From positions 1 to 39,785 of the forward strand of contig JBDKFI010000001.1 of NCBI GenBank assembly GCA_039798825.1: a stretch of 39,785 nucleotides of DNA. The letters are read 5' to 3'. The stretch comes from Candidatus Parcubacteria bacterium. Lineage in GTDB: Bacteria; Patescibacteriota; Minisyncoccia; Phycocordibacterales; UBA5272. The notes under the pieces are model-generated. The model was not told the origin of the DNA, made no database searches, and worked only from the letters and a program-made list of their open reading frames with translations. The first letter of the stretch is position 1; each line of letters starts with the position of its first letter. Positions 32,569 through 39,785 of this stretch are shown piece by piece. The position numbers and the translations under genes are program-made.

Positions 32569-34503
32569 ATGGAACGAATCTTTACTGGGCAAATTAGCAT
32601 CACTTCGAAGAAGGATGGCTATGTGCGCGTAGACGCACTCGAGCACGATGGTGCTATTTTTATTGACCACAGTCACCTCGGAACTGCACTTCATCATGAC
32701 ATTGTTGAAGTAGAACTTCTTGGGAAGAAAGATAACGCAAAGGGTGAAAAAGAATTGTATGGAAAAGTAACCGCAATTGTTGAACGTGGAAGAAAAGGCT
32801 ATGCGGGAGTGATAGAAGAAGATAATGGTATGTTTTTTCTTGTTCCTGATGACAAGAGAATGTATACGGATATCATGATCGCCCAGGATGGCTTAAACGG
32901 TGCTTCTGTAGGAATGAAGGTAATAGCAACTATTGATCTCTGGAAGGATCCAAAAAAATCTCCAATTGGAGTTGTCTCAAAAGTGCTCGGACATCCTGGA
33001 GATAATGATGCAGAAATGCTGGCATATGCGCTTGAGCGTGGGTTTAGCGACGAGCACAACGATGCGGTCAACAAAGAAGCAAACGACATCAAGCAACGGA
33101 GTATCACGGAAGAAGATAAAGCGAACCGAAGAGACTTCCGCACAACGCCTACCTTTACGATTGATCCAATAGACGCAAAGGACTTCGACGACGCTATCTC
33201 GTTTAAGAAACTAGACAATGGACACTACGAGGTCGGTATCCACATCGCAGATGTGTCGTACTATGTGCGTCCAGGGATGGCACTTGATGATGAAGCGATA
33301 GCGCGTGAGACATCGGTATACCTCGTGGATCGTGTGATACCCATGCTTCCTGAGGTGCTTTCAAATGATCTCTGCTCGCTTGTGCAAGGTGAGGACAGAC
33401 TCGTCATGTCTGCGGTGTTTGAACTAGATGATGAAGGAGTGGTTCATGGTGAATGGTATGGTCGTTCGATCATCAACTCCCATCGTAGGTATTCATATGA
33501 GGATGCGCAAACGACACTCGACACAAAGCAGGGTGACTTCTATGAGGAGTTGAACATTTTAAATACGATTGCAAAAAAGATGCAACAAGTGCGTTTCGCA
33601 TCTGGCGCGCTTGTGCTTGAAACAGAGGAAGTGAAGTTTAAATTAGACGAAAAGGGTGTACCAATCGATGTGTATGTGAAAGAACGAGGAGACACACATA
33701 AATTGATCGAGGAATACATGCTTCTTGCGAACAAGTATGTGAGCAAGTTCATCACGGAAGTGCAGGAAAAGAAAAACGGACGCTCGATTTGTGTGTATCG
33801 TATTCACGACAAACCAGACGCGGACAAGATGCATGATTTGGATCTGTACATACGAAGTCTTGGGTTTAAGGTTCGCTTCATCGACGGTCTTATCCCATCG
33901 CAAGACTTGAATGATCTTTTGGCAAAAATGGGAGATAGACCAGAAAAGCAGTTGCTCCAGGTGCATATCACGCGATCCATGGCAAAGGCTATCTATAGTA
34001 CGAAAAATGTTGGACACTATGGACTTGGGTTTGAATACTATTCTCACTTCACGTCTCCAATTCGTCGTTATCCAGACGTGCTTACTCATCGGCTACTCAT
34101 GCGAGTGCTAGGAGAGGATTATCCAAAAGAAGAAGAACGAGGACTGTTTGATTCATTGTGTGCAAAAGCCTCACGCCGAGAAAAAGAAGCGTCCGATGCG
34201 GAGCGTGGATCGATTAAGTATAAACAGGTGGAGTACATGTCGTATCGTATCGGACAAGAGTTCGATGGTATTGTCTCGGGTGTTTCTGAGTGGGGTATTT
34301 ATGTGGAAGAAAAGAAAAGTAAATGTGAAGGTATGATACGACTTCGTGACCTTGGAGATGATTTCTATAACTACGATCAAAAAGGTGGACGAGTGTTCGG
34401 TGAGCGATCAGGTGTTGAGTGGAAGATAGGAACGCCAGTGAAAATTAAGGTGAAGAATGCGAACTTGGATTTGCGAGTCATCGACTACGTTCTTCTTGCG
34501 TAG
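32569..34503 (+). CDS. rnr: ribonuclease R (RNB-family 3'-5' exoribonuclease)
   Basis: 644 aa with N-terminal cold-shock-like OB folds, RNB motifs TIDPIDAKDFDDAIS and HFTSPIRRYPDVLTHR, and a C-terminal S1 domain (EFDGIVSGVSEWGIYVEE). Confidence 0.93.
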   Translation: MERIFTGQISITSKKDGYVRVDALEHDGAIFIDHSHLGTALHHDIVEVELLGKKDNAKGEKELYGKVTAIVERGRKGYAGVIEEDNGMFFLVPDDKRMYTDIMIAQDGLNGASVGMKVIATIDLWKDPKKSPIGVVSKVLGHPGDNDAEMLAYALERGFSDEHNDAVNKEANDIKQRSITEEDKANRRDFRTTPTFTIDPIDAKDFDDAISFKKLDNGHYEVGIHIADVSYYVRPGMALDDEAIARETSVYLVDRVIPMLPEVLSNDLCSLVQGEDRLVMSAVFELDDEGVVHGEWYGRSIINSHRRYSYEDAQTTLDTKQGDFYEELNILNTIAKKMQQVRFASGALVLETEEVKFKLDEKGVPIDVYVKERGDTHKLIEEYMLLANKYVSKFITEVQEKKNGRSICVYRIHDKPDADKMHDLDLYIRSLGFKVRFIDGLIPSQDLNDLLAKMGDRPEKQLLQVHITRSMAKAIYSTKNVGHYGLGFEYYSHFTSPIRRYPDVLTHRLLMRVLGEDYPKEEERGLFDSLCAKASRREKEASDAERGSIKYKQVEYMSYRIGQEFDGIVSGVSEWGIYVEEKKSKCEGMIRLRDLGDDFYNYDQKGGRVFGERSGVEWKIGTPVKIKVKNANLDLRVIDYVLLA

Positions 34504-34532
34504 TTTGATGCTTTTTGAAAATGAATCTTCCG

Positions 34533-34541
34533 TGGTAGAAT
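34533..34541 (+). promoter_or_regulatory. extended -10 box TGGTAGAAT for the orphan gene 34611
   Basis: It lies 69 nt before the ATG, and the leader ends with AAGGGAG. Confidence 0.4.
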
Positions 34542-34610
34542 AGAGTTCTAGAGAGTAGTGCGCTTGGTACTATTCAATAATCTCTCGTTAAAAAGAAAGG
34601 GAGCGTGAAA

Positions 34611-34961
34611 ATGAAACGCGATCTTGAGCTTTGTTACCCGCAAGAAGTGCAGCAGAACGTAGGGTACTTGCTCCAACTCGACAGAGGAAGGTACATGGTT
34701 CGATTGACTGGTGGAACAGTCATCTATGAGGCCACAGATTGGTCTGTGACACAGGAACAAGATCATGTGGTGGTGGTCTTGCATGATGCACATGTCATGG
34801 ATTCCCAAGGGCGTCGTTTCGTGACCGAGATGACTCGGGTTAGCCGGACACCACACATCCCCATCTACATGGGGAAGAAAATGAGTGTGTTGTGGAGTGG
34901 CGGTGGGTACTATGTCCCTCTGCCGCGAGCATGCTCACTCCTCTTCCTTCTGTGTGCGTAA
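34611..34961 (+). CDS. orphan hypothetical protein (116 aa)
   Basis: The GGGAG core of AAGGGAG ends 8 nt before ATG 34611 and a terminator follows the stop. The sequence begins MKRDLELCYPQEVQQNVGYLLQLDRGRYMV.. and has a hydrophobic C-terminus LLFLLCA. Confidence 0.5.
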   Translation: MKRDLELCYPQEVQQNVGYLLQLDRGRYMVRLTGGTVIYEATDWSVTQEQDHVVVVLHDAHVMDSQGRRFVTEMTRVSRTPHIPIYMGKKMSVLWSGGGYYVPLPRACSLLFLLCA

Positions 34962-34964
34962 CGA

Positions 34965-34992
34965 AAGCCTCCCTGCGGGGGCTTTTCTTTTT
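34965..34992 (+). terminator. intrinsic terminator
   Basis: aagcctccc, tgc, gggggctt, followed by ttctttttc. Confidence 0.65.
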
Positions 34993-35002
34993 CGTATGTT
35001 TA

Positions 35003-35011
35003 TGGTAGAAT
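35003..35011 (+). promoter_or_regulatory. extended -10 box TGGTAGAAT, 7 nt before the rpsP ATG 35019
   Basis: Spacer gggggac. The ORF-track start at 35010 would lie inside the -10 box. Confidence 0.55.
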
Positions 35012-35018
35012 GGGGGAC

Positions 35019-35321
35019 ATGTTAAAAATCAGACTACAACGTACAGGACGCAAGAACGACCCACATTTTCGTCTTATCGTCACTGAAAGCACGCTTAAGC
35101 CAAAGACTTCACAGTTTGCAGAAATTGTAGGAACCTACAACGTAAAAGCTGGTATCTTTGAAGCGAAAGCTGACCGTATCAAGCACTGGATGTCCAATGG
35201 CGCGCAAGTGACACCAACAGTACACAACCTCCTCATTTCAAAGGGAGTGCTCGAAGGAAAGAAGCTTAACGTACTTCCAAAGAAGACAGTTCAAGCAAAG
35301 AAGGAAGCGAAAGCTGCATAA
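35019..35321 (+). CDS. rpsP: 30S ribosomal protein S16
   Basis: MLKIRLQRTGRKNDPHFRLIV is the canonical S16 N-terminus; the protein is 100 aa. Confidence 0.93.
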   Translation: MLKIRLQRTGRKNDPHFRLIVTESTLKPKTSQFAEIVGTYNVKAGIFEAKADRIKHWMSNGAQVTPTVHNLLISKGVLEGKKLNVLPKKTVQAKKEAKAA

Positions 35322-35322
35322 T

Positions 35323-35352
35323 AAAAAATCCGAGAGCTCTCTCGGATTTTTT
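35323..35352. terminator. bidirectional intrinsic terminator
   Basis: aaaaaa, tccgagag, ct, ctctcgga, tttttt. Confidence 0.8.
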
Positions 35353-35450
35353 AGTATGAGCTGTTGTGGGAAATACCGCTTGTGTATAAGTTGCATATAA
35401 ACGGGCCAATTACTGATACGATTGAAAGATAAGAACAAAGAAAAACCGAT

Positions 35451-35780
35451 ATGAAAGATCAAGAATTTGTTGAGTATGTGGTGAAAGCGCTTGTGGATAA
35501 TCCAGAGAAGGTGAAAGTGGAACGCAGAGTTGATGAAATGGGTGTGCTTATTACCCTTGATGTAGGCGGAGAAGATATGGGGAAAATCATTGGACGTGAC
35601 GGTGCAACAGCAAAAGCACTTCGGACACTTCTTCGTGTCGTTGGTATGAAGAACAATGCTCGTGTGAATTTGAAGATCAATGAACCAGAGGGACGTTCAT
35701 ATGAAGCTGGTAGTGGGTACACTCCGCGCTATGATACCTCAGATGTGGATGCAGTGATGAACGATTTGAAGTCTTTGTAG
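35451..35780 (+). CDS. KH-domain RNA-binding protein (YlqC/UPF0109-like) with C-terminal extension
   Basis: VKALVDNPEKVKVE...DMGKIIGRDGATAKALRTLL carries the GxxG KH motif. The gene sits in the classical position after rpsP. Confidence 0.85.
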   Translation: MKDQEFVEYVVKALVDNPEKVKVERRVDEMGVLITLDVGGEDMGKIIGRDGATAKALRTLLRVVGMKNNARVNLKINEPEGRSYEAGSGYTPRYDTSDVDAVMNDLKSL

Positions 35781-35795
35781 AAAGAATCTCAACAA

Positions 35796-35825
35796 GAAAG
35801 TCGCCCTTCCGGGCGACTTTCTTTA
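35796..35825 (+). terminator. intrinsic terminator
   Basis: gaaagtcgccc, ttcc, gggcgactttc, ttt. Confidence 0.75.
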
Positions 35826-35866
35826 AGTAAAGAATGGAACAGGACATTGATAATATGACTACATTT

Positions 35867-35875
35867 TGTTATACT
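35867..35875 (+). promoter_or_regulatory. extended -10 box TGTTATACT, 7 nt before the trmD ATG
   Basis: Spacer gtcaagt, ATG at 35883. Confidence 0.55.
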
Positions 35876-35882
35876 GTCAAGT

Positions 35883-36578
35883 ATGAGATATCACGTTGTG
35901 ACGATCTTTCCCAATATGTTCGACTCGTACTTTGCGGAGTCGATTATTTCTCGTGCAATTGAAGATAAACTGATCGACATCTACACCTACGCGCTTCGTG
36001 ACTACACGACGGACAAACACAGACGTGTGGATGGCAAACCATACGGAGGTGGACCAGGTATGGTCATGTGGGTGGATCCTATTCTTAATTGCGTTGAAGC
36101 AATTAAGAAGAAGCAAGAAACACGAGATAAGAAGCGAGGAGAAACATCAAAGACACTTGTGGTTATTTTTAATGCTGGTGGACAGAAGTTCACCAACACG
36201 CTTGCTCAAAAATCTGCGAAAGGATACACCGACATTATTTTTATCTGTGGCAGGTATGAAGGTATTGACTCTCGTGTGAAGAAGATTTTGAAAGCCAAGG
36301 AATGGAGTATCGGTGAATATGTCTTAACAGGTGGAGAGCTTCCTGCGATGGTCTGTATCGATGCGATTTCACGCCAAATCAAAGGCGTGCTCAATGACGA
36401 ACTCTCGCTTGAAGAAAAGCGTATTGCAAGTCACGAGATCTACGCCCGCCCTGAAGTGTACGAACATGCTGGCAAAAAGTACCGCGTTCCGAAAGTGCTT
36501 CTTTCAGGCAATCATAAATTGATCGACGAGTATCGCGCAAAGAAAGAGAATACGATAGGGAAAAAGAAAGAGAAGTAA
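35883..36578 (+). CDS. trmD: tRNA (guanine37-N1)-methyltransferase TrmD
   Basis: 231 aa with VVTIFPNMF, DDKPYGGGPGMVM-type (VDGKPYGGGPGMVM), CGRYEGIDSRV and IGEYVLTGGELPAMV. Confidence 0.93.
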   Translation: MRYHVVTIFPNMFDSYFAESIISRAIEDKLIDIYTYALRDYTTDKHRRVDGKPYGGGPGMVMWVDPILNCVEAIKKKQETRDKKRGETSKTLVVIFNAGGQKFTNTLAQKSAKGYTDIIFICGRYEGIDSRVKKILKAKEWSIGEYVLTGGELPAMVCIDAISRQIKGVLNDELSLEEKRIASHEIYARPEVYEHAGKKYRVPKVLLSGNHKLIDEYRAKKENTIGKKKEK

Positions 36579-36609
36579 TTAGTTTTATCTATCAACCATA
36601 ACGATCAGC

Positions 36610-36822
36610 ATGTATCTAAAACTCAAAGTCATCCCAGACTCCAAGCAGGAGAACATCGAGCAGCTCAAAGATGATGAGTATCGTATATGGGTGAAAGCGC
36701 CCGCAGAAAACAACAGAGCAAACGAACGTGTGCTTGAAATCATGCGAGACATGTTTAAAGAGAAGCGTATACGTCTCGTTTCAGGACACACGAGTCCGTC
36801 GAAGATTGTTTCTGTGGACTAG
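36610..36822 (+). CDS. DUF167 (YggU/UPF0235) family protein
   Basis: 70 aa. The pattern is WVKAPAENNRANERVLEIMRDMF....IRLVSGHTSPSKIVSV. Confidence 0.75.
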   Translation: MYLKLKVIPDSKQENIEQLKDDEYRIWVKAPAENNRANERVLEIMRDMFKEKRIRLVSGHTSPSKIVSVD

Positions 36823-36835
36823 ATAATACTTAGTA

Positions 36836-36911
36836 TGGAGCCAGAGGCGAGGATCGAACTCGCGACCTCTTCGTTACGAGTGAAGTGCTCTACCAACTGA
36901 GCTACTCTGGC
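36836..36911 (-). tRNA. tRNA-Thr (anticodon CGT), CCA encoded
   Basis: The reverse complement reads GCCAGAG TA GCTC AGTTGGTA GAGC A CTTCA CTCGTAA CGAAG AGGTC GCGAG TTCGATC CTCGC CTCTGGC T CCA. Confidence 0.9.
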
Positions 36912-36929
36912 AAAAGATCGTTGATCTTG

Positions 36930-37002
36930 AGCCGTTGGCCAGAATCGAACTGGCGACCTTTTCCTTACCATGGAAATGCTCTACCGACTGAGCTACAACG
37001 GC
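36930..37002 (-). tRNA. tRNA-Thr (anticodon GGT), CCA not encoded
   Basis: The reverse complement reads GCCGTTG TA GCTC AGTCGGTA GAGC A TTTCC ATGGTAA GGAAA AGGTC GCCAG TTCGATT CTGGC CAACGGC T, followed by CAA. Confidence 0.9.
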
Positions 37003-37075
37003 GTATATACGTACACAGTCGCCCTATTCTAACGAATTTGTCTTATAATTTCAATGTAAAGTAATGTCTTTCTCT

Positions 37076-37084
37076 TGGTATACT
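37076..37084 (+). promoter_or_regulatory. extended -10 box TGGTATACT, 8 nt before ATG 37093
   Basis: TGG at 37076-37078 and TATACT at 37079-37084. Confidence 0.5.
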
Positions 37085-37092
37085 GTGCCCAC

Positions 37093-38145
37093 ATGAAAAA
37101 GATCTTCTTGTTTCTTGTTGTGTGTGGGGTTATCGTCTACGGGATATGTTGGCGATTAAGCGAGATGGGATGGACGATCTTTGACACAGACACTCCAACT
37201 GCTGCAGTTCAAACACAAACCTCGGAATTATCTGTAGCAACGTCGACTCCGCTTCTTTTTGTGGGAGACATCATGCTCGGGCGTTATGTAGAAAAGTTTG
37301 CACACGAGGAAGGAAACGACTTGAGATCATTTGAAATGATGCGAGACTTTCTCAAAGCGCACATCACCATCGCCAACCTGGAAGGTCCGATACCAGATAC
37401 TCATACTCCAACGCCTGCGAATGGGTTTTCGTTTTCCTTTTCTTCATCCACTCCGCACGTTTTGCGAGAGGGTGGTGTTACTGCTGTGTCACTTGCAAAC
37501 AACCACATGTTTGACCACGGAACATCAGGATACGAAGCAACCAAGCAAGCACTAGCACGTGGTGATGTGAAGCACTTCGGTGGCTATGCGCCGACTACGG
37601 ACGACTACTTCGAGACGAAACTGGGCACAACAACGGTGATTGTGTATGGCATCACCATGATCGCAACTGGATGGGACGAAGAACAAGCTCTCGCGATCAC
37701 CAAGACGTTGCGTGCTGAGCATCCATCTGCGTATCTGGTTGCATTTCTTCACTGGGGTGATGAGTATGTGACACAGAACACGTATCAGCGTGCGTTTGCG
37801 CACAGGCTTGTCGATGAGGGTGTGGACACTATCATCGGATCGCATCCACATGTTGTGCAAGGTATTGAGATGTACAAGAATGTACCCATCTTCTACTCAC
37901 TTGGTAATTTTATTTTTGATCAGTATTGGCGAAGCGACTTGGAGGATGGTGTACTTGTGCAGATAGAACAAGAACAAGGATCCTCTGCATATACGCTCAT
38001 CCCCATCAGGTCATCTCGTTCTGTTCCATACATAGCAGAAGGACAAGATAGGACACGCATCCTTGCGCGCATTGCTGAACAATCAGATGAGAATTTGAAA
38101 GCGGATATTTTGGAAGGAACAATCAGTATTTCTTTGCATGATTGA
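37093..38145 (+). CDS. CapA/PgsA-family metallophosphatase-like protein (poly-gamma-glutamate synthesis family)
   Basis: 350 aa with an N-terminal TM helix and the motifs GDIMLGR, ANLEGP, LANNHMFDHG, LHWGDEY, IIGSHPHVVQG and YSLGNFIFDQ. Confidence 0.85.
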   Translation: MKKIFLFLVVCGVIVYGICWRLSEMGWTIFDTDTPTAAVQTQTSELSVATSTPLLFVGDIMLGRYVEKFAHEEGNDLRSFEMMRDFLKAHITIANLEGPIPDTHTPTPANGFSFSFSSSTPHVLREGGVTAVSLANNHMFDHGTSGYEATKQALARGDVKHFGGYAPTTDDYFETKLGTTTVIVYGITMIATGWDEEQALAITKTLRAEHPSAYLVAFLHWGDEYVTQNTYQRAFAHRLVDEGVDTIIGSHPHVVQGIEMYKNVPIFYSLGNFIFDQYWRSDLEDGVLVQIEQEQGSSAYTLIPIRSSRSVPYIAEGQDRTRILARIAEQSDENLKADILEGTISISLHD

Positions 38146-38241
38146 TGCGAACGTCGCATTTGCGAGTTGTTGTAAAAAGGAGTACAGTACTGGTTGATTG
38201 TTCGTAAACCAACGCCCCGAACATGGGGAGAGAGGCGTATC

Positions 38242-38931
38242 ATGAGCATTATGCCAAAAAGGGTGAGCCGCGATCAGCAGGCAGGGGTGAGGTATGACCG
38301 CCTCCCCAAGTACCCAGAAAAGTGCAAGACGTGGGAGGAGTTCGTGGAGTTCATGGCGAAGAAGCCACAACTCGCCCCGTTTGCGTTCCGTGTCATGGAG
38401 CAACCGTATACGCACGGTATACCAACTTCCTTTTCTTTCGGGTCAGATAGCGTGCTGCTTGACCCGATTTTCTTCGGACTCTGTCGGAGAGGCGAAGGTA
38501 GCACGCTTGGCTCGCACTGCATGTTCATGAATGATCGGCGGGAGACCTTCTTTCTCGACTCGATTAGTCACGACATCACCGGTCTCGGGCCGGACCTCTT
38601 CTCGTGGGATGGATCAGGCAAGCATGGCAAGATCTCCGCGCTCTACCTTTCGCCGGACCAGGTGATGGGGCAGCTTCACGGATGGATGAAGTATCAGTTG
38701 AGCGGGGACGAGGTCATGAGCTCCGAGCGCGCCCGCGAACAGCTCAAAGCCAAGTACTGGCTGAAGGTGTTCCTCGCAGTGTTTCTGCATGTGCCATCAG
38801 AAGTTCAAGCCCTCGTGACGGAGCTCGAAGGGAAGCTCGCAAAGTATCGTGAGCAGAAAACCAAAGAGCTCGACGTGGTGCGCCAGCAGATCGTGGCCCT
38901 GGAAGAAGAGATCAGGATCTTCTCGCAGTAG
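38242..38931 (+). CDS. orphan hypothetical protein (229 aa) with C-terminal coiled coil, GC-rich island
   Basis: GGGGAGAGAGG lies 6 nt before ATG 38242. I recognise no known motif. The C-terminal heptad-like text reads VQALVTELEGKLAKYREQKTKELDVVRQQIVALEEEIRIF. Confidence 0.55.
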   Translation: MSIMPKRVSRDQQAGVRYDRLPKYPEKCKTWEEFVEFMAKKPQLAPFAFRVMEQPYTHGIPTSFSFGSDSVLLDPIFFGLCRRGEGSTLGSHCMFMNDRRETFFLDSISHDITGLGPDLFSWDGSGKHGKISALYLSPDQVMGQLHGWMKYQLSGDEVMSSERAREQLKAKYWLKVFLAVFLHVPSEVQALVTELEGKLAKYREQKTKELDVVRQQIVALEEEIRIFSQ

Positions 38932-38952
38932 ATCCAAGGCTCCGCACGTGAG

Positions 38953-38974
38953 GCCGGATTCGTCCGGCTTTTTT
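38953..38974 (+). terminator. intrinsic terminator
   Basis: gccgga, ttcg, tccggc, tttttt. Confidence 0.8.
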
Positions 38975-39021
38975 GTTGGACAAAGAAGGTGTTTTTGGGT
39001 AGTGTGAGGTTTGTTCTGTTC

Positions 39022-39030
39022 TGGTAGGAT
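39022..39030 (+). promoter_or_regulatory. extended -10 box TGGTAGGAT
   Basis: It lies 16 nt before ATG 39047, and GGGAGGG lies in between. Confidence 0.4.
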
Positions 39031-39046
39031 TATGTCTGGGAGGGTT

Positions 39047-39313
39047 ATGCAAGAAAGTCTCAAAACACCTCTGATTTCTGGTGTGTATGCATGTGTTTCG
39101 TGGCAAAGAATGTCCGCTGTTGAAGTCCATCAGCTCTATACCGACTACAACAACAATTTGTCGTGGATGAGAAGAACGGCGCCAGTTTCTTTGATGACTA
39201 TCGAGTGGGCACTCGATGCACTCGTCAAGGAGAAGTTGGTTTGCAAAGAGCTCACCATCTTTACAGATCAAGCTCTCACCGAAGATACGTATGTGTACTT
39301 CAAGTCACCATGA
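39047..39313 (+). CDS. orphan hypothetical protein (88 aa)
   Basis: GGGAGGG lies 3 nt before ATG 39047 (short spacing, so the start is uncertain; the track start is 39011). I recognise no known motif. Confidence 0.4.
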   Translation: MQESLKTPLISGVYACVSWQRMSAVEVHQLYTDYNNNLSWMRRTAPVSLMTIEWALDALVKEKLVCKELTIFTDQALTEDTYVYFKSP

Positions 39314-39344
39314 GTCCCTCCACGAGAGGGGCTTTTTTATACAA

Positions 39345-39376
39345 ATAAAAAAAGTGCGCAAGCTTTACTTGCGCAC
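39345..39376 (-). terminator. intrinsic terminator of the minus-strand Nudix gene
   Basis: gtgcgcaag (39354-62), cttta, cttgcgcac (39368-76), preceded on the plus strand by an A-run that is a U-tract on the minus strand. Confidence 0.75.
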
Positions 39377-39389
39377 CACGACCCCTTGT

Positions 39390-39782
39390 TCATTCGAAGA
39401 TCTTTGAAAGACTTCTCTCCAACAGTTTTGCGTGCACGTTGAAGATGAAGTAGTCTCCGACTCGGATGTTCTTCCTCGCTGCTTCAAGGACATCTCTCGC
39501 ATCGAAGAGCTTTGCGACGATTTCTTCGTCGCCGTCGATTGTCATGGGCACGAAGTCTTGAAGTGATGTGACTTCACCCACGAACACGTATTGAGTGTGC
39601 GTGTCGCTCGGGTTGACTCGGCTCGGTTTCAGGATGGGTTCCAATACGGGCCGAGGTTCGTCGACCCACAAGCCAGTCTCTTCGCGAAGTTCTCGCACTG
39701 CAGCAGCAGAGAGCTCTTCACCTTCTTTCACACCACCACCGGGTATTCTCCATAGCGGTCTTCTGTAGTTCAGTGATGCCAC
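39390..39782 (-). CDS. Nudix hydrolase, 5'-truncated by the window edge
   Basis: The Nudix box is GGVKEGEELSAAAVRELREETGL. Only about 13 residues precede the PGGG, so the N-terminal strands must lie beyond 39785. Confidence 0.8.
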   Translation of the reverse strand: MASLNYRRPLWRIPGGGVKEGEELSAAAVRELREETGLWVDEPRPVLEPILKPSRVNPSDTHTQYVFVGEVTSLQDFVPMTIDGDEEIVAKLFDARDVLEAARKNIRVGDYFIFNVHAKLLERSLSKIFE

Positions 39783-39785
39783 GAG

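Overview
This 39.8-kb window reads as a stretch of a streamlined bacterial chromosome, packed with housekeeping genes on both strands. Recognisable genes are clpB, folD, an msrA-msrB-HIT-MGMT string, leuS, mltG, mnmA and a ZIP/Fur/bcp metal-redox cluster. Also present are a full F1Fo ATP synthase set (atpB, then atpEFHAGDC), uppP plus a PAP2 phosphatase, a short smc, rnr, rpsP-KH-trmD, capA and three tRNAs (Tyr-GTA, Thr-CGT, Thr-GGT). I saw no rRNA, CRISPR array, transposase or integrase. The gene content (sigma-region-4/HARE-HTH protein, membrane protein with pilin-like tail, short SMC, short delta subunit) is reminiscent of CPR/Parcubacteria-type genomes, but that is inference only. Main observations: (1) LeuRS carries an in-frame ~140-aa Nudix hydrolase domain inside its CP1 editing region. 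(2) Core genes are almost all Shine-Dalgarno-less, and many start 6-9 nt after an extended -10 box (TGnTAnnnT), which implies leaderless mRNAs. Eight GC-richer orphan ORF cassettes scattered between them have leaders, and most have GGAG-type SDs and a hairpin terminator immediately downstream. One of these lies antisense inside the atp gene set. (3) A promoter- and terminator-bounded ~190-nt structured non-coding RNA candidate lies between atpC and uppP. (4) A DsbA-like oxidoreductase has circularly permuted motif order. (5) The SMC is only 742 aa and has almost no hinge. All calls rest on motif recognition by eye in the supplied translations and sequence; no database search or folding program was available.
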